Source: Vicugna vicugna
Taxonomy: Eukaryota
Direction of reading: 5' to 3'
DNA: 64,000 bases
Assembly: GCA_013265495.1 (NCBI GenBank)
Contig: MU058287.1
Span: 434,001-498,000 of the forward strand
The position numbers were made by a program, and so were the translations under genes. The notes below the pieces were generated by a model, which did not search any database, was not told where the DNA came from, and saw only the letters and a list, made by a program, of their open reading frames with translations. Below are positions 10,911-23,839 of the stretch, in pieces; position 1 is the first letter of the stretch, and every line of letters begins with the position of its first letter.

Positions 10911-12644
10911 TCAGTATAGACTAGTATTGTTTCATGTGCAGATAAGTAAGGGGTGTGGGGGCAGTGGGCATTTCTGTCCTGATTCCCATTTAGAATTTGA
11001 GAGGAAGCTTCTTCAGCTGACAGCGAAATTTAACTAAATGGAGCCCTGTTAGATGGAAGGAGAAGCTGCTTTTAGCTTTCCTGAGTGACCTTAACACTCC
11101 AGTGATACAGACAAGACCCAGAAGTAGCTGAGAACCTAACAGGAAGACTGGCTCCAGTGCTTCCCTGGGGCTGGGCTTCGGGGCCAAGGATCATGTGTTC
11201 TCAGCCATACCTCAGAGGACTCCAGGATACCAGAGAGCAGAGGTGGGCCTAATAGAGACCAGATTATAAGTTGTAGCAGCTTCAGGCTTCATCTGGGAAC
11301 ATCAACAGGTCAAATATCATCCCCCCTGGACCAGAAGAGGCAGGGGCACCATGTCCTTTCCAGCACCTAGAGAACAGCACCTAAGCCTGGCACCTTAGGG
11401 AGAAGCAGGGATGGAGAAGCATCTGAGGTCCTGAGCTTTTTTGCCCAAGGGAGAGCCCAAATATTTGCTAAAGAGGCTAATTTACAGGCTCTGTCCTACA
11501 TGTAATGAAGAATGAACAATTAATTTAGCTTACCAATCAGATGGTGTGTGTGTGGTGGTAGGAAGTTGGTCTGGGCCAGGCAGATGTGCTGGTCTGCAAA
11601 GCAAGCAGATTGACTGTAAACAAAACAAAGGAGCCACATTTTCTCTGGATGACTGGATAGCCCAGGTAATTTTATGACTGTGATATGGAGCCAAGCATCA
11701 GAATGTGCAATCCACTTGCCTTCTCTTTCTGTCCTTCCCAATGTCTTCATTGAAAAATTAATGATCTAATAGTGTCTGTGCATGGAGGCCCAATTCAGGA
11801 AGAAGAGGTCTCTATCACACATCAAGTCTCCTTTCCTGTGGTCTTTGTGACTATGTGGGTCAGCACAGAGGGTGGAGTTTTCACAGCCCTGGTTAGCAGT
11901 GGGAGGGAAAGGACCAGGTCCTCAGAGGAAGGGGAAGCAGAAGAAAAAAAAAAAGGAACTAACAGAAAACCAAAAAAGGGCTGGGCAAGAGAGAGAAAGA
12001 AGACATGAAAAAAAAAAGCTTAAGAGCACAGAGCTGAATAAATAAGGTAACAGAAGAAACAACGAGTTCTGAGCTTGGAATAAAAAAACAAACAAACAAA
12101 CAAAAACCTACAATGCCCAGAAAAGCAAATAATGTGCAAGAATGATGAGCGATGAGAAGGAAGACAGGGATGTGGTCGAGGGACCCAAAGGCAATGCCAA
12201 CGTTGCAAAGCAATGTGAGAAACACACGGGACCATCCATCCGGAGGCCGAGTTAGGAGGAGGCTAGGAGTGTGTGAGAGCAAGCCTGCCAGCAGGGGGCA
12301 GGAAAGAGTGAACAGGGAAAGATGGGGAAAGGGGAGTGTGGGCCGAAAATGTGTGGGTGAGGAGGTGCGGGGAGAGGGAGAGAGAGCGCAGTCCTCTCTG
12401 CAGTCCGGCTCTAGATGGGCGCATTTGCTTTCGGAGGGAGGACCCAGCATAGACCACCTGCAGCCTGGCAGGGCTGTGCTTTCTTAATGCGCTGCCGCTG
12501 CCGGCTCTCACTAGGAACTATTCAGATGGCGTCCGTAGCTGTGATGTGCCACACTGGCATTTTTGTTCTCATTTCTTTCTTTCTTTTTTTTAAATAATTA
12601 TTTTCCTACTTGTTAAGCCTTTCCCATTTGTTAATCTAAGAAAA

Positions 12645-12760
12645 CCTGTTTCTTTCTTTTCTTTCTTTCTTTTTTAAATTTCCTTGGCAGAGGCACTGGG
12701 GATTGAAATGAGGATGCCAATCATGCACTCTAACCACTGAGCCATACTCCCCTCCCCCTG
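12645..12760 (-). mobile_element. tRNA-derived SINE (Vic-1-like), diverged copy
   Basis: Minus strand ggggagtatggctcagtggttagagtgcatg...ttcaatccccagtgcctc followed by an A-rich (AAAG)n tail. Confidence 0.7.
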
Positions 12761-13549
12761 CCCCCGTTCTCATTTCTTTTAAGTGAAGAATGAAGGCTCT
12801 GATGCAGAGCATTGGATGGGAACTGCCGGGCTGCATTCTGACTTTCCTGGGCCATTTCCTCCTCCATGAAAACAAACAAACAAGCAAACAAAATACTGTT
12901 TTATGACTATGTTGGAGTAAAGGCAAATATATTAACATTATGTATTAGAACATTTTTCTTTAACCTAAAAGGTCTTTTTTCCCCCTTCAGATTTTTGAAG
13001 AAATTAAAACATTTTGTGGGTCTCTATAAGCATGATGGACCTGGGCACTGTGCCTATTCCACCGATGGACAAGTCAGACCTGGAGAAACTAGAGATACAG
13101 GGTAATAAGCACTGAAAATATACAGAGAGATTAGATGAAGTGTTGATATTAATACGAGCCAGGCTAAGTGCATTGGAATAGCCCTGACTGAATGTGGCCA
13201 TCATGAGAATTCCATGATCACAGGGAGAGGGTTTTTAAGGTGTGGGTATATGCTGTTTAGTGCTTCCTGTATGCTGGGCCTTCTTCTAAGTATTTAAAGA
13301 TATGTACACAGTATGTATCTCTATCTATTTGTCTGTCTGTCTGTCTATCTATCTATGTAACTACGTACATATAGTTTCATTACATCCTTATTAGGCACTT
13401 TTATTATCCCCATTCTACAGATGAGGACAAGAGGCCCAGAGAGGCTAAATAACTTACCTAAATTGACTAGGACCCATGTTTTTAACTAAACTGAGGAGAA
13501 TCACCTGGACTCTGGTGATTGTGTGAATGAAACACAGCATCCACTCTTT

Positions 13550-14120
13550 CATTCATTTAGTTATTACTCCTTTATTTCGTTAGATGGAGATGTATTTATT
13601 TAGCCCTGACTCTGTGCCAAGCACTGAGCTGGGCCCAGCAGATGCAATGGCAAGAAAACAGACCCAGTCCTTTCCATCACATGGCTTCCTCTCTAGTGCG
13701 AAATATGGACATTAAACAAATAACCCAAAGAAAAGACTGCAAACTGGGGTATATGCTATGAAGTACAGAATACTATGAAAGCATATGGTATGGGACCTAG
13801 GTCAAGTCTGATGGTCAGAAATGTCTTCCCTAGGGAATTAAAATTTAAACTGAGGTCTCACAAGCATGAATGAGTGAATTAGGTAGACAGACAGAGGGAG
13901 AAAAGGTGTTTCAAACAGAGGCCAACAGCACGAGTCAGGTGCCAGGGTACCAGCCCTTTAGAAGCTTCCAAGACTCTGTTGCCCTCAAGAGTGAAGAGAG
14001 AAGGAACCCATAGAGGTAAGCAATGATGAGGTGCTGCTGTGAGAGGGAGGTGTAGAGCGTCTGAGTAATGGGAGGGAGAGCACCGGGGTGGGAGTATGGC
14101 AAGCAATAATCTAAGGGGCA
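13550..14120 (-). mobile_element. L2 LINE fragment
   Basis: Reverse L2 3' end: ttcattcatt...ctctgtgccaagcactgagctggg followed by a purine-rich L2 body. Confidence 0.7.
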
Positions 14121-15612
14121 GACCTCTAAGGAAGACTCGAGAAGCCTCAAGCAATTTTCATGAGAGGCAGGTGGGGGGGTCTTATCCATGATAGAGCCCT
14201 GGAGGCTGGAGGAGCTGAAGATGTTAGAGTTATCCAGAGTCAGTCCTGCAGACAGAATCTAACAAAGAAGAAATTGCTATGATCGTCTGAAAAGATGACC
14301 AGACTTCCGCGGTAGGCTGCAGAGGTGAGAACCGTGGAGCTACGGAGGATTACATCACGACACAGTGGTCAGTGTACACGAGCCGGTGTGCGCAGTGCTG
14401 AGGTGCTGGCTCCTCTGAAGAGATGTCCTGCCTGATGGGCCGGCATCCAGCAGAGACCCCTTTCTCACATTATTATCTGTAGAATCTCCTATGGAGGAAT
14501 AAAGATGGTGGCATACGTCACACACTTGACTGCAGCCCCTGGAAGTCGTCTAGATGGGGGCCGCATCGCAGTTCCCTTCACGATGCATTCTCTTCATCCA
14601 TGAATATTGATGCCTTGAGAACCTACCAGAAAGAACTTCATCCATTCTCTAAATCTCAGTAAAGCCCACATGAACTGACCCCAGCATTGCTCAAATGTTC
14701 GTCCCCAAAAATAAAAGAGCCCCTCGAATATCTGTATAAGTTTTGTTCTTTTTATGTTTTCCTAGTTTTCTTCACAGGAAATCTAAAATGTAAACCACGT
14801 AGCTAGTCATTAACAAGTAAAATGGGATTATAAAAATGGACATTCAGGACAGTCTTCCAGAAACTACTATGAAGTCTTCCTGCTTATTTTTGAAGGCAAG
14901 ATCCATAGCTGAACACTTATATCCACCACTGAGCAATGAAACACATGAGGAGCTCCCAGGACTGCCTTACTTTTGTCCAAAATGTTGACTCTTGTTCTTA
15001 CAGGTATGGATTCATCCTCAGAATAACAGGATTTTTTCATTTATTCTTTTTTTTTTTCCTCCAGTGCAGGATTAGATCCTGTCTTTGTTTAAACTTTTGT
15101 GATTTTGTTCATAGTGTTTTGCTTGTCTGTATTAATTTTGCCTTGATACCCACTTGTCTTCTTGGCAGAAAACTTCTTATCTCCCTCTTTCGACATGAGC
15201 TGTCATAGGCACTCAGAATATTCCAAAAGAAGGAAGCCTAACTCCCATGTCCCGGTGGGGTGAGCACTGTTGTTGGACTGTCTGCAACTGAACTGCTTCT
15301 TGCTGCTTCCTGTGCTGATATGAAATTTGTTGCGAACTGCACTCCAGAGTAAAAGAAACAATTCTGGTTCTGTGCTGTGGCACATTTGGTGCTGGCCCTT
15401 TGGGCTCTTCAAGAGAAGATGCTCCCATGCTCTTTGTTTCCCACACATGGTCATCTTCCTGGGTGCTCAGGAGGTTGGTTCTCACGATGGTTAGCTCTCC
15501 CTGGCTAGCTCATGGAATTCACACAGATGGCCATCTCTTGTATGCCCGTGATACCTGTACACAGGTTCTCAAAGTGGTAGGTCTTTGTAGTCCACTCTTT
15601 CAGTTTAGATTC

Positions 15613-16120
15613 TGTAGTAGGCAAAATAACAGCACCCCTCCCCCAAGGATGTCCACTCCTGATCCTCAGAACCCATAAAGAAGTTACGTTAGATGGCAAA
15701 GGGGAGTTTAGACTGCAGGTGGAATTAAGGTTGCTATTATGCTGACCCTGAAATAAGGAGATTAGCTGGGATTATTTGGGTGAGCCCAGTGTAACCCACA
15801 AAGTTCTTTAAAGTGGGGGAGAGAGATGCAGAAGAGTCAGAACCAGAAGGGTGGTATCATGAGAAAGGCTTGACTGGTCATTGCTAGCTTTGAAGACGGG
15901 CAAGAGTCAGGAGCCAAAGAATCTTTCAGCCTCTAAAAGCTGAAAAATGAAGGCTCCCTAGAGATTCCAGAAGGAGCACAGATCTGCTAACACCTTGATT
16001 TTAGCTCAGTGAGACCATTTTGGACTCTGACCTCCAGAATTGTAAGATAATAGTCTTGTGTTGTTTTTAGCCACTAAGTTTGTGGTAATTTGTTTCAACA
16101 GCAATAGGAAATTAATCACA
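15613..16120 (+). mobile_element. MLT1 (MaLR) solo LTR, MLT1D-like
   Basis: Starts tgtagtaggcaaaataa...gatgtccac; ends gccactaagtttgtggtaatttgtttcaacagcaataggaaattaatcaca. Confidence 0.88.
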
Positions 16121-16264
16121 CATTTGACCTCCCTAAATTCCTAGGGTACTGGTCCCTGGGTTTTCAAGGTGGTAGCTCTCCATGGTCCCTTCTTTTGGCT
16201 TGCACATGGAGATGTCTCCCAGAGGGCCTAGGGGCCCATGTCTGGATTTTCAAAGTGACAGATC

Positions 16265-16440
16265 TTTTTTTGGTTTGTTAGTTTTTGTTTTTGATTGAAG
16301 TATAGTTGATTTACTATGTTGTATAAATTTCTGGTATACAGCTTAGTGATTTATCTATATATGTTCTTTTTCATATTCTTTTTCATTATAGGCCATTATG
16401 AGGTATTGCATATAGTTCCCTGTGCTGTATACAGTAGGAT
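16265..16440 (-). mobile_element. L1 3'-end fragment, cetartiodactyl type
   Basis: attgaagtatagttgatttac...atatagttccctgtgctgtatacagtagg with a T-rich tail. Confidence 0.8.
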
Positions 16441-16684
16441 TCAGAACATCTGTTCTTCTCTCCTTCCCAGGGAATAAGCACTCAGTGCCAGGAGTAGAAA
16501 CACATTTCCTTGTAAATCCTCAAAACACAAAGGGCCTAACAAACACGGATATCAGAGCTACTCACTAATTTCCCAAAACAAGAGTGTCTTCAGTGCTTCC
16601 AGGAGACCCCGTGGCTCACTGTGAGGGAGACTGAGTCTCCTTACCTTCCGAGGGGGCCACATCTACCCCATCTAGAAGTGGGTA

Positions 16685-19020
16685 AGAAGGAAGCCACACA
16701 CGAAGGAGTCCACACACTCTGTCCATTTATACAAAATTCTAGAAAATGCCAGGTCATCCACAATGACAAAAAAGTAGATCAGTGGTCATCCAGGGCTGTG
16801 GGCAAAGGGAGGGATAGACTGCAGAGAAGCAGGAGGAATCTTCTAGGGGTGACAGAAATGTCAGTATCATGATTGTGGCAGTTTCACTGGTGTGTCTATC
16901 TGTCAAAATTGAATACATCATATATTTAAATAGACAGAATGTATTGTATGTAAATTAAACCAGGGAGAGGGAGGAGGAGTGTTGCCCAAAGGAAAATCAA
17001 TTGACTATTAAAAAAAATTGTCCACAACACAGAGAATCTAGTTGAGGAGGATTTTTTTTGCCCTCAAACTGAATATATGGTATTACTGGTGTGCGTCCTG
17101 CATAAAATTTAAAATTTTTATTTCATTCCTGTTACCATCTTTGATAGATAAGAATAATATCCTGCCACAATATGTTCTTAAGAAAAACTTGGAATAGAAG
17201 GATGGTTTCTATGATAATCATTAATATCTATTTCAAATCAAGAGCCAACTTCATACTGAACAGTAAAATGCAATATCAACTTTTGCAAACCCTAACATAA
17301 ATCTGGCTTTAACTTTAAATTTATTAAAAAATATTTCTTTGGGGAAAAAATGAGTAAGATTCTAGAGGCATTCCCATTAGAATAAGGAAAAAACTGGTAT
17401 TTGTTATTGCTACAGAGTCCAAACTCGTTCTGCTCACCTCACGACAGGCCAATAAATCAGATGGGGTGTTGGGGCAAGGAATAGTGACTTCGTTCGGAGA
17501 GCTGACAGACCTAGAAGATGGCAGGCTAATGTCTTAGAGAATCATCTTATTCAAGTCAGAATTCAGGCTCCTTTTATACTAAGAGGGGAGGGGGTGTGGT
17601 TGGTTGTTGCAAACTTCTTGGTGTAGGAATTCTTTGTTCTTGGAATCCTTTGTTCTTGCAGCTGTCTATGTGGGTCAGGTCATGGTGCCCCTGTAAACCT
17701 CCAACAAAACAAAACAAATGTATTCTGCAACTTGTTATCTTTATATAAGTGCAAAAATGTTAATATTCTTAAAGGTCAGAGCCTTGAGAATAGGCTCTCC
17801 TGTATATTTTAGGCTAAAGGCAACATTCTTTTACAAAAGGTTCAAAGCAAGCAAGACTAAGCCTAGAAAACAGGGCACAGGGTTAAAGCCAAAGAAACAG
17901 ATCTCATATGGAGTCAGATTTGTTCTTTTCTATTTCATTATCACCAAATTTACTGGAAATTCTGGCTAAAAAATAAACAGATCATGTCTAAATAAGAGTT
18001 TTATTATTATCAAGGAGGAGAAAACATGCACTCTCCCTCTTCCTTCCTCTTTTTCTTACTCCATCATTGCCTTCTTTTTGTAAACGATATTATTATTATA
18101 TATCTCACACCCAAGAGAGAATCAACTAAAAACTCTTAAAGCGAAAAAGAGTTCAATAAGTTACTGTTATAGAGATGTAAAAATCAATAGCTTTCCTGTA
18201 TACACAACAACTGGCTTGAAAAAGAAAAAAAATATTCCATTAACAATAGCAACCAAAAAAAAAAAAAAGGTAAAATAGAAACTAAAAGTTAAACAATGAA
18301 GTGGACAAATATATTTTCTAGAAATATGAAAAAAAATTGTACTCTTCATGACCTAAAAAGTGCTCATAGAAATCAATAAGGCTAAAATTCCTGCAGATAA
18401 ACAGAGAAAGCACATGAACAACCATTTCACAAACAGGAAATGCAAATGCCCACTAAAGAGATCAAATAGGTGTTCAAGATACCAGAAAAAAATGCTAATT
18501 ATAACAACAGACACTTACCATCTTCTTGTCAATTTAGATTTTTTTTCTTTAATTTTATGGCCATGCTGGCAAAGTATAATGGGTACTCTCAAAAACTACA
18601 GACAAGGGTATAAACTGATACGATCTGTGAACCATAATGTAAATTGAATACAATATTACTGTGAGGCAATTTACTTTTTACTTTGTTTCTTAATTGTTTT
18701 GCATCATAGTTTTCAACTTTTATGAAGTCGGACTTACTTTTTCCTTTGTGATTTCTTTCATTACTTTCATTTCTAAAAAGTACTTTTCTACCTCATATTT
18801 TCTTTTTATGGTTTGTGCGTGTGTTTTTTTTAAAATATTTAACTCCTTAATCTATCTTTATGTTGTGTATCTTTATTAGTGAACGTGCTAAAGTCAGATT
18901 TAAAAAATAGTTTCCAAAGACTTTGGAAATTTTTCAGATACTGTCTTCATTGATTAATTCCCACTGATATATGATGGCACCTTTATGAAACACTAAAATT
19001 TAGATATATTTCGGACTTTT
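16685..19020. mobile_element. Cluster of old L1M fragments (both orientations) with a nested LTR
   Basis: L1 3'UTR-like sequence at 16690-16960 and ORF2-like remnants (gcattcccattagaataagg; aaaatcaatagctttcctgtatac). Confidence 0.6.
17408..17937 (-). mobile_element. ERV1-type solo LTR (530 bp) inserted in an L1 ORF2 remnant
   Basis: TG...CA ends, perfect TSD TTAT (17404-17407, 17938-17941); minus strand starts tgaaatagaaaagaacaaatctgactccat; TATAAAA at ~17572-17578 on the minus strand. Confidence 0.88.
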
Positions 19021-20534
19021 TAGGATTCCACATTCTGTTCTATTGGCCTGGCCAGGGGTGGTGGTGTGTAGTTAGAGCATGGGCTCTGGAGCTTTGAACT
19101 TGGGACATTTTATTTATCCTTTCTATGCCTTTGTTCCTCACCCTTAAAATAGTGCTAGTAGATCCCTGTCATAGGTTTTTGTGAGGATTAAATGTATTAC
19201 ACATTAAAGCACTTAGAGTGATGCCTAGTGTATACATTGTACATATTAAATAACTCTAATACACAAGCACCACACTGTTTTAATTATTACAACTTTGTTT
19301 TATTTTTTTAAATATTGAATAAAACAAGTCTTCCTCATTTTTATTCCTTTAAAAAAAGAAAGCTAATTTTACCACATTTTCAAGCCAAAGATCTTGGAGT
19401 GAGCTCTGATTCACTGCTTCTCCTCATCCCCCACCTTCAATGCATCAGTATTTGCATTTTAAAAATACCTAGAATGATTTGTTTAATGTAATTCAGACCA
19501 TGTCACTCTCCTGCTTAAAACATTTCAAGGACTTCATTCCACTTGAATTAGTGGAGGGTCCAGAACTCCCTTACATCTCTGTGTCACAGTCACCACCCCT
19601 TGTTCATTTTCCCAGCCTCCCTGGCTGCCTTTCTGTGGTTCATTCTTCCAGTAGAGTTTTCACATCTGTTGGTCCCTCAGCCTGTAATGGTGCCCTCTGT
19701 GTTCTCGGTACCATCGTTGCCTCATCTTTTAGTTCTGTACAAAGTCACATCTTCAGAAATGCTTTCTCTGGCCATCCTGGTTAAAGGATCCCTTCCTCCA
19801 GCTGTTTCCTATCAGATCACCCAATTAATTTTCTTCAAAGTATTACACATGTGAGAAATGCCCTTGTTGGTTTAGTTTTTTCAGCCTCGCCTGCTGCACT
19901 CCAGGTTTCTCTGGGAGCTCCCTAAAGTCAGCCTCTTGCCCCCTCACTCCCACAGAGCCGGGCTTCAGAACAAATCCTAGGATGGGAGGCTATTCTGAGA
20001 TAAAATGTAGCAGGAAACATATCGAGGAAGTTACTTTATCTTCTTTCTCTGCAGGGCAGTCTTATCTAGGAATTAAATTTTCACCTACTCCTCCCCCTTC
20101 TGGGAGTTCAAGCTTAAAATCAAACCAACCAAAAATTACCTGATCCCAAAGACTACCCTTAAACTGACCTCTGGTGTTTGTTATTATTGGTGTTTGTTTG
20201 TTTTGTTTGTTTTTTTTTTGTTTTCCCACCTCCCACTTCCACTACCAGGCAGCTGGAAATGCATTCAGAAGGGACAAGAGATAATTCTGTCTCCCAAAAC
20301 GGTAGACCTGTGCTTCCTGGGAGCCATATAATAATAGCATCTTAACTTAAAAAAAGAAAATGTTTTTATATGTGAGTACAAGGCCTCCAGATGGGAGAAG
20401 TTTCTAAGCACAGAGTAATGCCTAAGCACATCTCTGTTTGCTGAAAGTCGTGGCCATTTAAGAGAATTAGGCTGGATTGTCCCCAAAGGAAGGAAAGGAA
20501 AGGCAACTTGGTAGGTTCCCACCCCACCTTTTTT

Positions 20535-21090
20535 TCCTTGACGTGTAATTTACACACAGTAAATTTTCCTTTTGTTGGCATATAATTCTATGACTTTTGA
20601 CAAATACAGTTATTTACTTACCACCACAATCAAGACTCAAACTGTTCCATTAGCCAGAAAGGTCATCCCCTCTCTACTCCCAGCAACTGGCAACTACTGC
20701 TCTGTTTTCTGTCCCAATCGTTTTGCCTTTTCCAGAATGTCACTGAAGCGGAACGATACCATACAGGGCCACTGGAGTCTGGCTTCTTTTACTTAGCGTA
20801 ATGCTTTTGAGGTCCTTCCATGCTGTATGTGCCAGTAGCCCATGGATTTATGTTGCTAAGCAGTATTCCACTGTATGATGTACTTACTTGGGTTGTTTTC
20901 AGTTTTGGGAGATTACGAATAAAGCTAACACTTGCTTTCAGGTTTTTGCATGAATATGAGTTTTCATTTCTCTTGGGCAAAGACTTATGAATGGGATTGC
21001 TGGGTCAAGGTTTAATGTGCATTTCCCTTTATGAAAACTGCCAAACTAGTTTCCAAAGTGGCTGTGCCCTTTTGCATTCCCACCAATAAC
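20535..21090 (-). mobile_element. L1M (MB/MC-like) 3' fragment
   Basis: ttttgccttttccagaatgtca...ctggcttcttttacttagcgtaatgcttttgag...tttgcattcccacca. Confidence 0.8.
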
Positions 21091-22270
21091 TGGTTTGAAT
21101 TGAGTTGAATTGAGAAGGACCCAATCTCTCAGTTTTCTGGACACATCCACCCCCACTGGGAATGGGGTTGAGACTTTTGACATCTGAGTGATGGGCACCT
21201 TAGCGCCTTCTCTGACAGTCTTCAAGAAGTCAGGACATGGAAGGGGTGGCTTCTGTATGGACTGGGTATCCTGGACACAACATGCTGATGCCACAGAAGT
21301 CTAGGTGAAGACGACCACTGGACTAAAAACCAAGACAGTCCTCTCCTATCTTCCTAAATCTGAAAGCACCAAGGTTCTTATTTAATCCTAGAAGAAGGAA
21401 GGAATTCTGGAAAATGTATTTTGGGCAGCCTTTGTAGATGGAGCTGAGCTGGGTGTGATTAATGGAAATAAAGAAATAAAATGCATATCCCAAATGTCTT
21501 AGAGCGTTGTATTGAGTTCCCAGCATATGCCAATCATTACACTCAGCACCTTATCTACATGTTTCAATCCTTAAAACAAGCCAACAAATTAAGTATATGC
21601 ATCATTTAGGTATCAGATTTAGGTATCAAAATTGAAGCAAAAGATAATGACTATGATCGTGTTACTATTCTGCTTAAATCCTTTGACAACCCCTCCATTT
21701 CACAACGCATCGCTTCCCCACTCTCCTCCAAGAATCCAGCCAGACTCACCTCCATACTCCTTTCTACAGTTTCTCACCCTGGGGCCCTGCACAGGGTGTT
21801 CCTTCCCCCTAGCAGGCTTTCCTTGCCTCTTTCTCTTTTTCATTCCTTCTCACTTTTTTGACCCGTTTCTTGTGTTCCTCCATTGAAGCTTTCTCTGAGC
21901 CATCCAAAAAGGGTCAATGAGTCCCTTCCTTATCCCTCTGCTGTCTCCTAGGCTGTTAGTCTGAGATTAGAGAGATTCCTTTACCTCTGTGTGGGCAGCA
22001 CAGAGCCTGGGCATCTTAGGACAGAGCAGCTATTTTTAGAATGAGAAGAAGGAAGGGAGGAAGAAAGAGAGGAAGGGAGAAAGGGAGGCATATGCAGCCT
22101 AGTACCATAAAGAGAAATGGTAGTTTGGGTTCAAAACTATGAACCAGCTTTGGCCCCTCTCATAAAACAATTCCATCTTCAAGGTAAAATGAATACAAAT
22201 AAAAATTTTCATAGAACCAGACCAGATCTCAGACCAGAAGAAAATTAGAGGTCATCAAAACTAGTTTCCT

Positions 22271-22461
22271 CATAGACATGGAAAAACAAATGATGGTTAC
22301 CAAAGGGGAAAGGAGAAGGGAGAGAGAAATTAGGACTTTGCAATTGACATATACATACTGCTGTATATAAAATAGGTAAACAACAAGGACCTACTGTGTA
22401 TCACAGGGAACTATATTCAATATCTTGTAATAATCTATAATGGAAAAGAATCTGAAAAAGA

Positions 22462-22503
<42 letters not shown>

Positions 22504-22588
22504 GTATGACTGAATCACCTTGTTGAGTACTTGAAACTAACACAATATTGCAAATCAACTATATGTCAATGAAAACAAAAAACAAAAC
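22271..22588 (+). mobile_element. 5'-truncated L1 3' end with TSD
   Basis: atggttaccaaaggggaaagg...aacaacaaggacctactgt...A-rich tail; direct repeat CTAGTTTCCT at 22261-22270 and 22589-22598. Confidence 0.88.
22463..22502. repeat. (TAGA)10 microsatellite
   Basis: Ten perfect units counted, inside the L1 3'UTR. Confidence 0.95.
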
Positions 22589-23839
22589 CTAGTTTCCTAT
22601 TTTTTGTTTTTTTTCTTTCTTTTTTTTAATGTGACCTTAAATGCAAACCTACTTTCACTATACTATAGTCCTTTACCCTCACTTCCTTTGTTAACAACTC
22701 TGTTTATTACCTGGATTCTTTGCCTTTCTGGTTTTTTTGTTTTTGTTTTTGTTTTCATTTTGACTGTGTACCATACATTCTGATCTCGACCACTTCTTTT
22801 CTGATATTACTTTGGTCTCCTTTCTTTCACTCATGGAGATTTTATCTACCTGCATTAAAGAAACAATATTGTCCATGAGGAACTCATTTCTAATGCCACA
22901 TATTTTGTAATAGTATTTCCCAAGAAAACACAGGTTCTGTATTGGTGTATGTTTTACATATAAAGTCTGATAAATGAAACTTTGTGTATATGTGGGGGAA
23001 AGGAAGACAACAACATAAAATTGCAATTATAATAATAATCCATAAGCTCCTCCTGAAAGCAGTGTGTACTGAGCACTACTGGGCGGATTTTCACTTATAT
23101 CTTTTGTAATCTAAGTCATAATTTTAAGTAAAATGGTAAAACAAGATTATATTTTTGGTGTGTTTAATCAATTACCACACTCTATGTCATTAAAAGTAAT
23201 TCCTTTTTCATCTTCATTCATCTTTACTGCTAACCTTTCAGAAACGAGATTTAATGAAAAGAGCTGAACAAACAAATACAGTAATAGCATTGAGAAACAT
23301 TTTGGTTTGAAAAACTGAACCATCTGTCTCTCTTTTTATCAGTCTGTCAAATAGCTTACATTTATTAAGTGCTGGACAAAATATTGTCCTAGGTGCTGAG
23401 GGACATTGCTAAGGAAATTGAAATCTTATATCAGGGGTGAGATAAGATCAACAAAACCGGAAATAAACAGAACCCCCAATAGATATGATGTCTCATAATT
23501 TTAGGATTGCACAGACAAAATGGTATTTGAAATGTGAATCCTAATCTACTTCTTATCTACCTTTTCAGGCTCAAAATTTAGCTACTTCCCGTTCTCCAGC
23601 CATGACAGTGTCCTGAGGAGCCCCACTTCCTCAAGCTTCTGTGTCCTTCAAATGCCCTCTCTCAGGTGCCTTTGCATGTCAGGTACCACTTCCTCTGGGA
23701 AGCCTTCCTTGATCCTCCCACTCAGACAGGTTGGGTGCCCACTCCTCTGGGTTTCCATACAATCTTCCAAATACATCTCAGTTTTGTCACTTGTCATGAA
23801 TTACTTGTTAATATCTGTCTCCTCAAATAGACTTCATTA

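Noticed and set aside
11959..12450. 163-aa hydrophobic ORF resembling a membrane protein
   Set aside because: Phe/Leu/Ser richness follows from the pyrimidine-rich low-complexity strand and T-runs; no codon bias or recognisable family.
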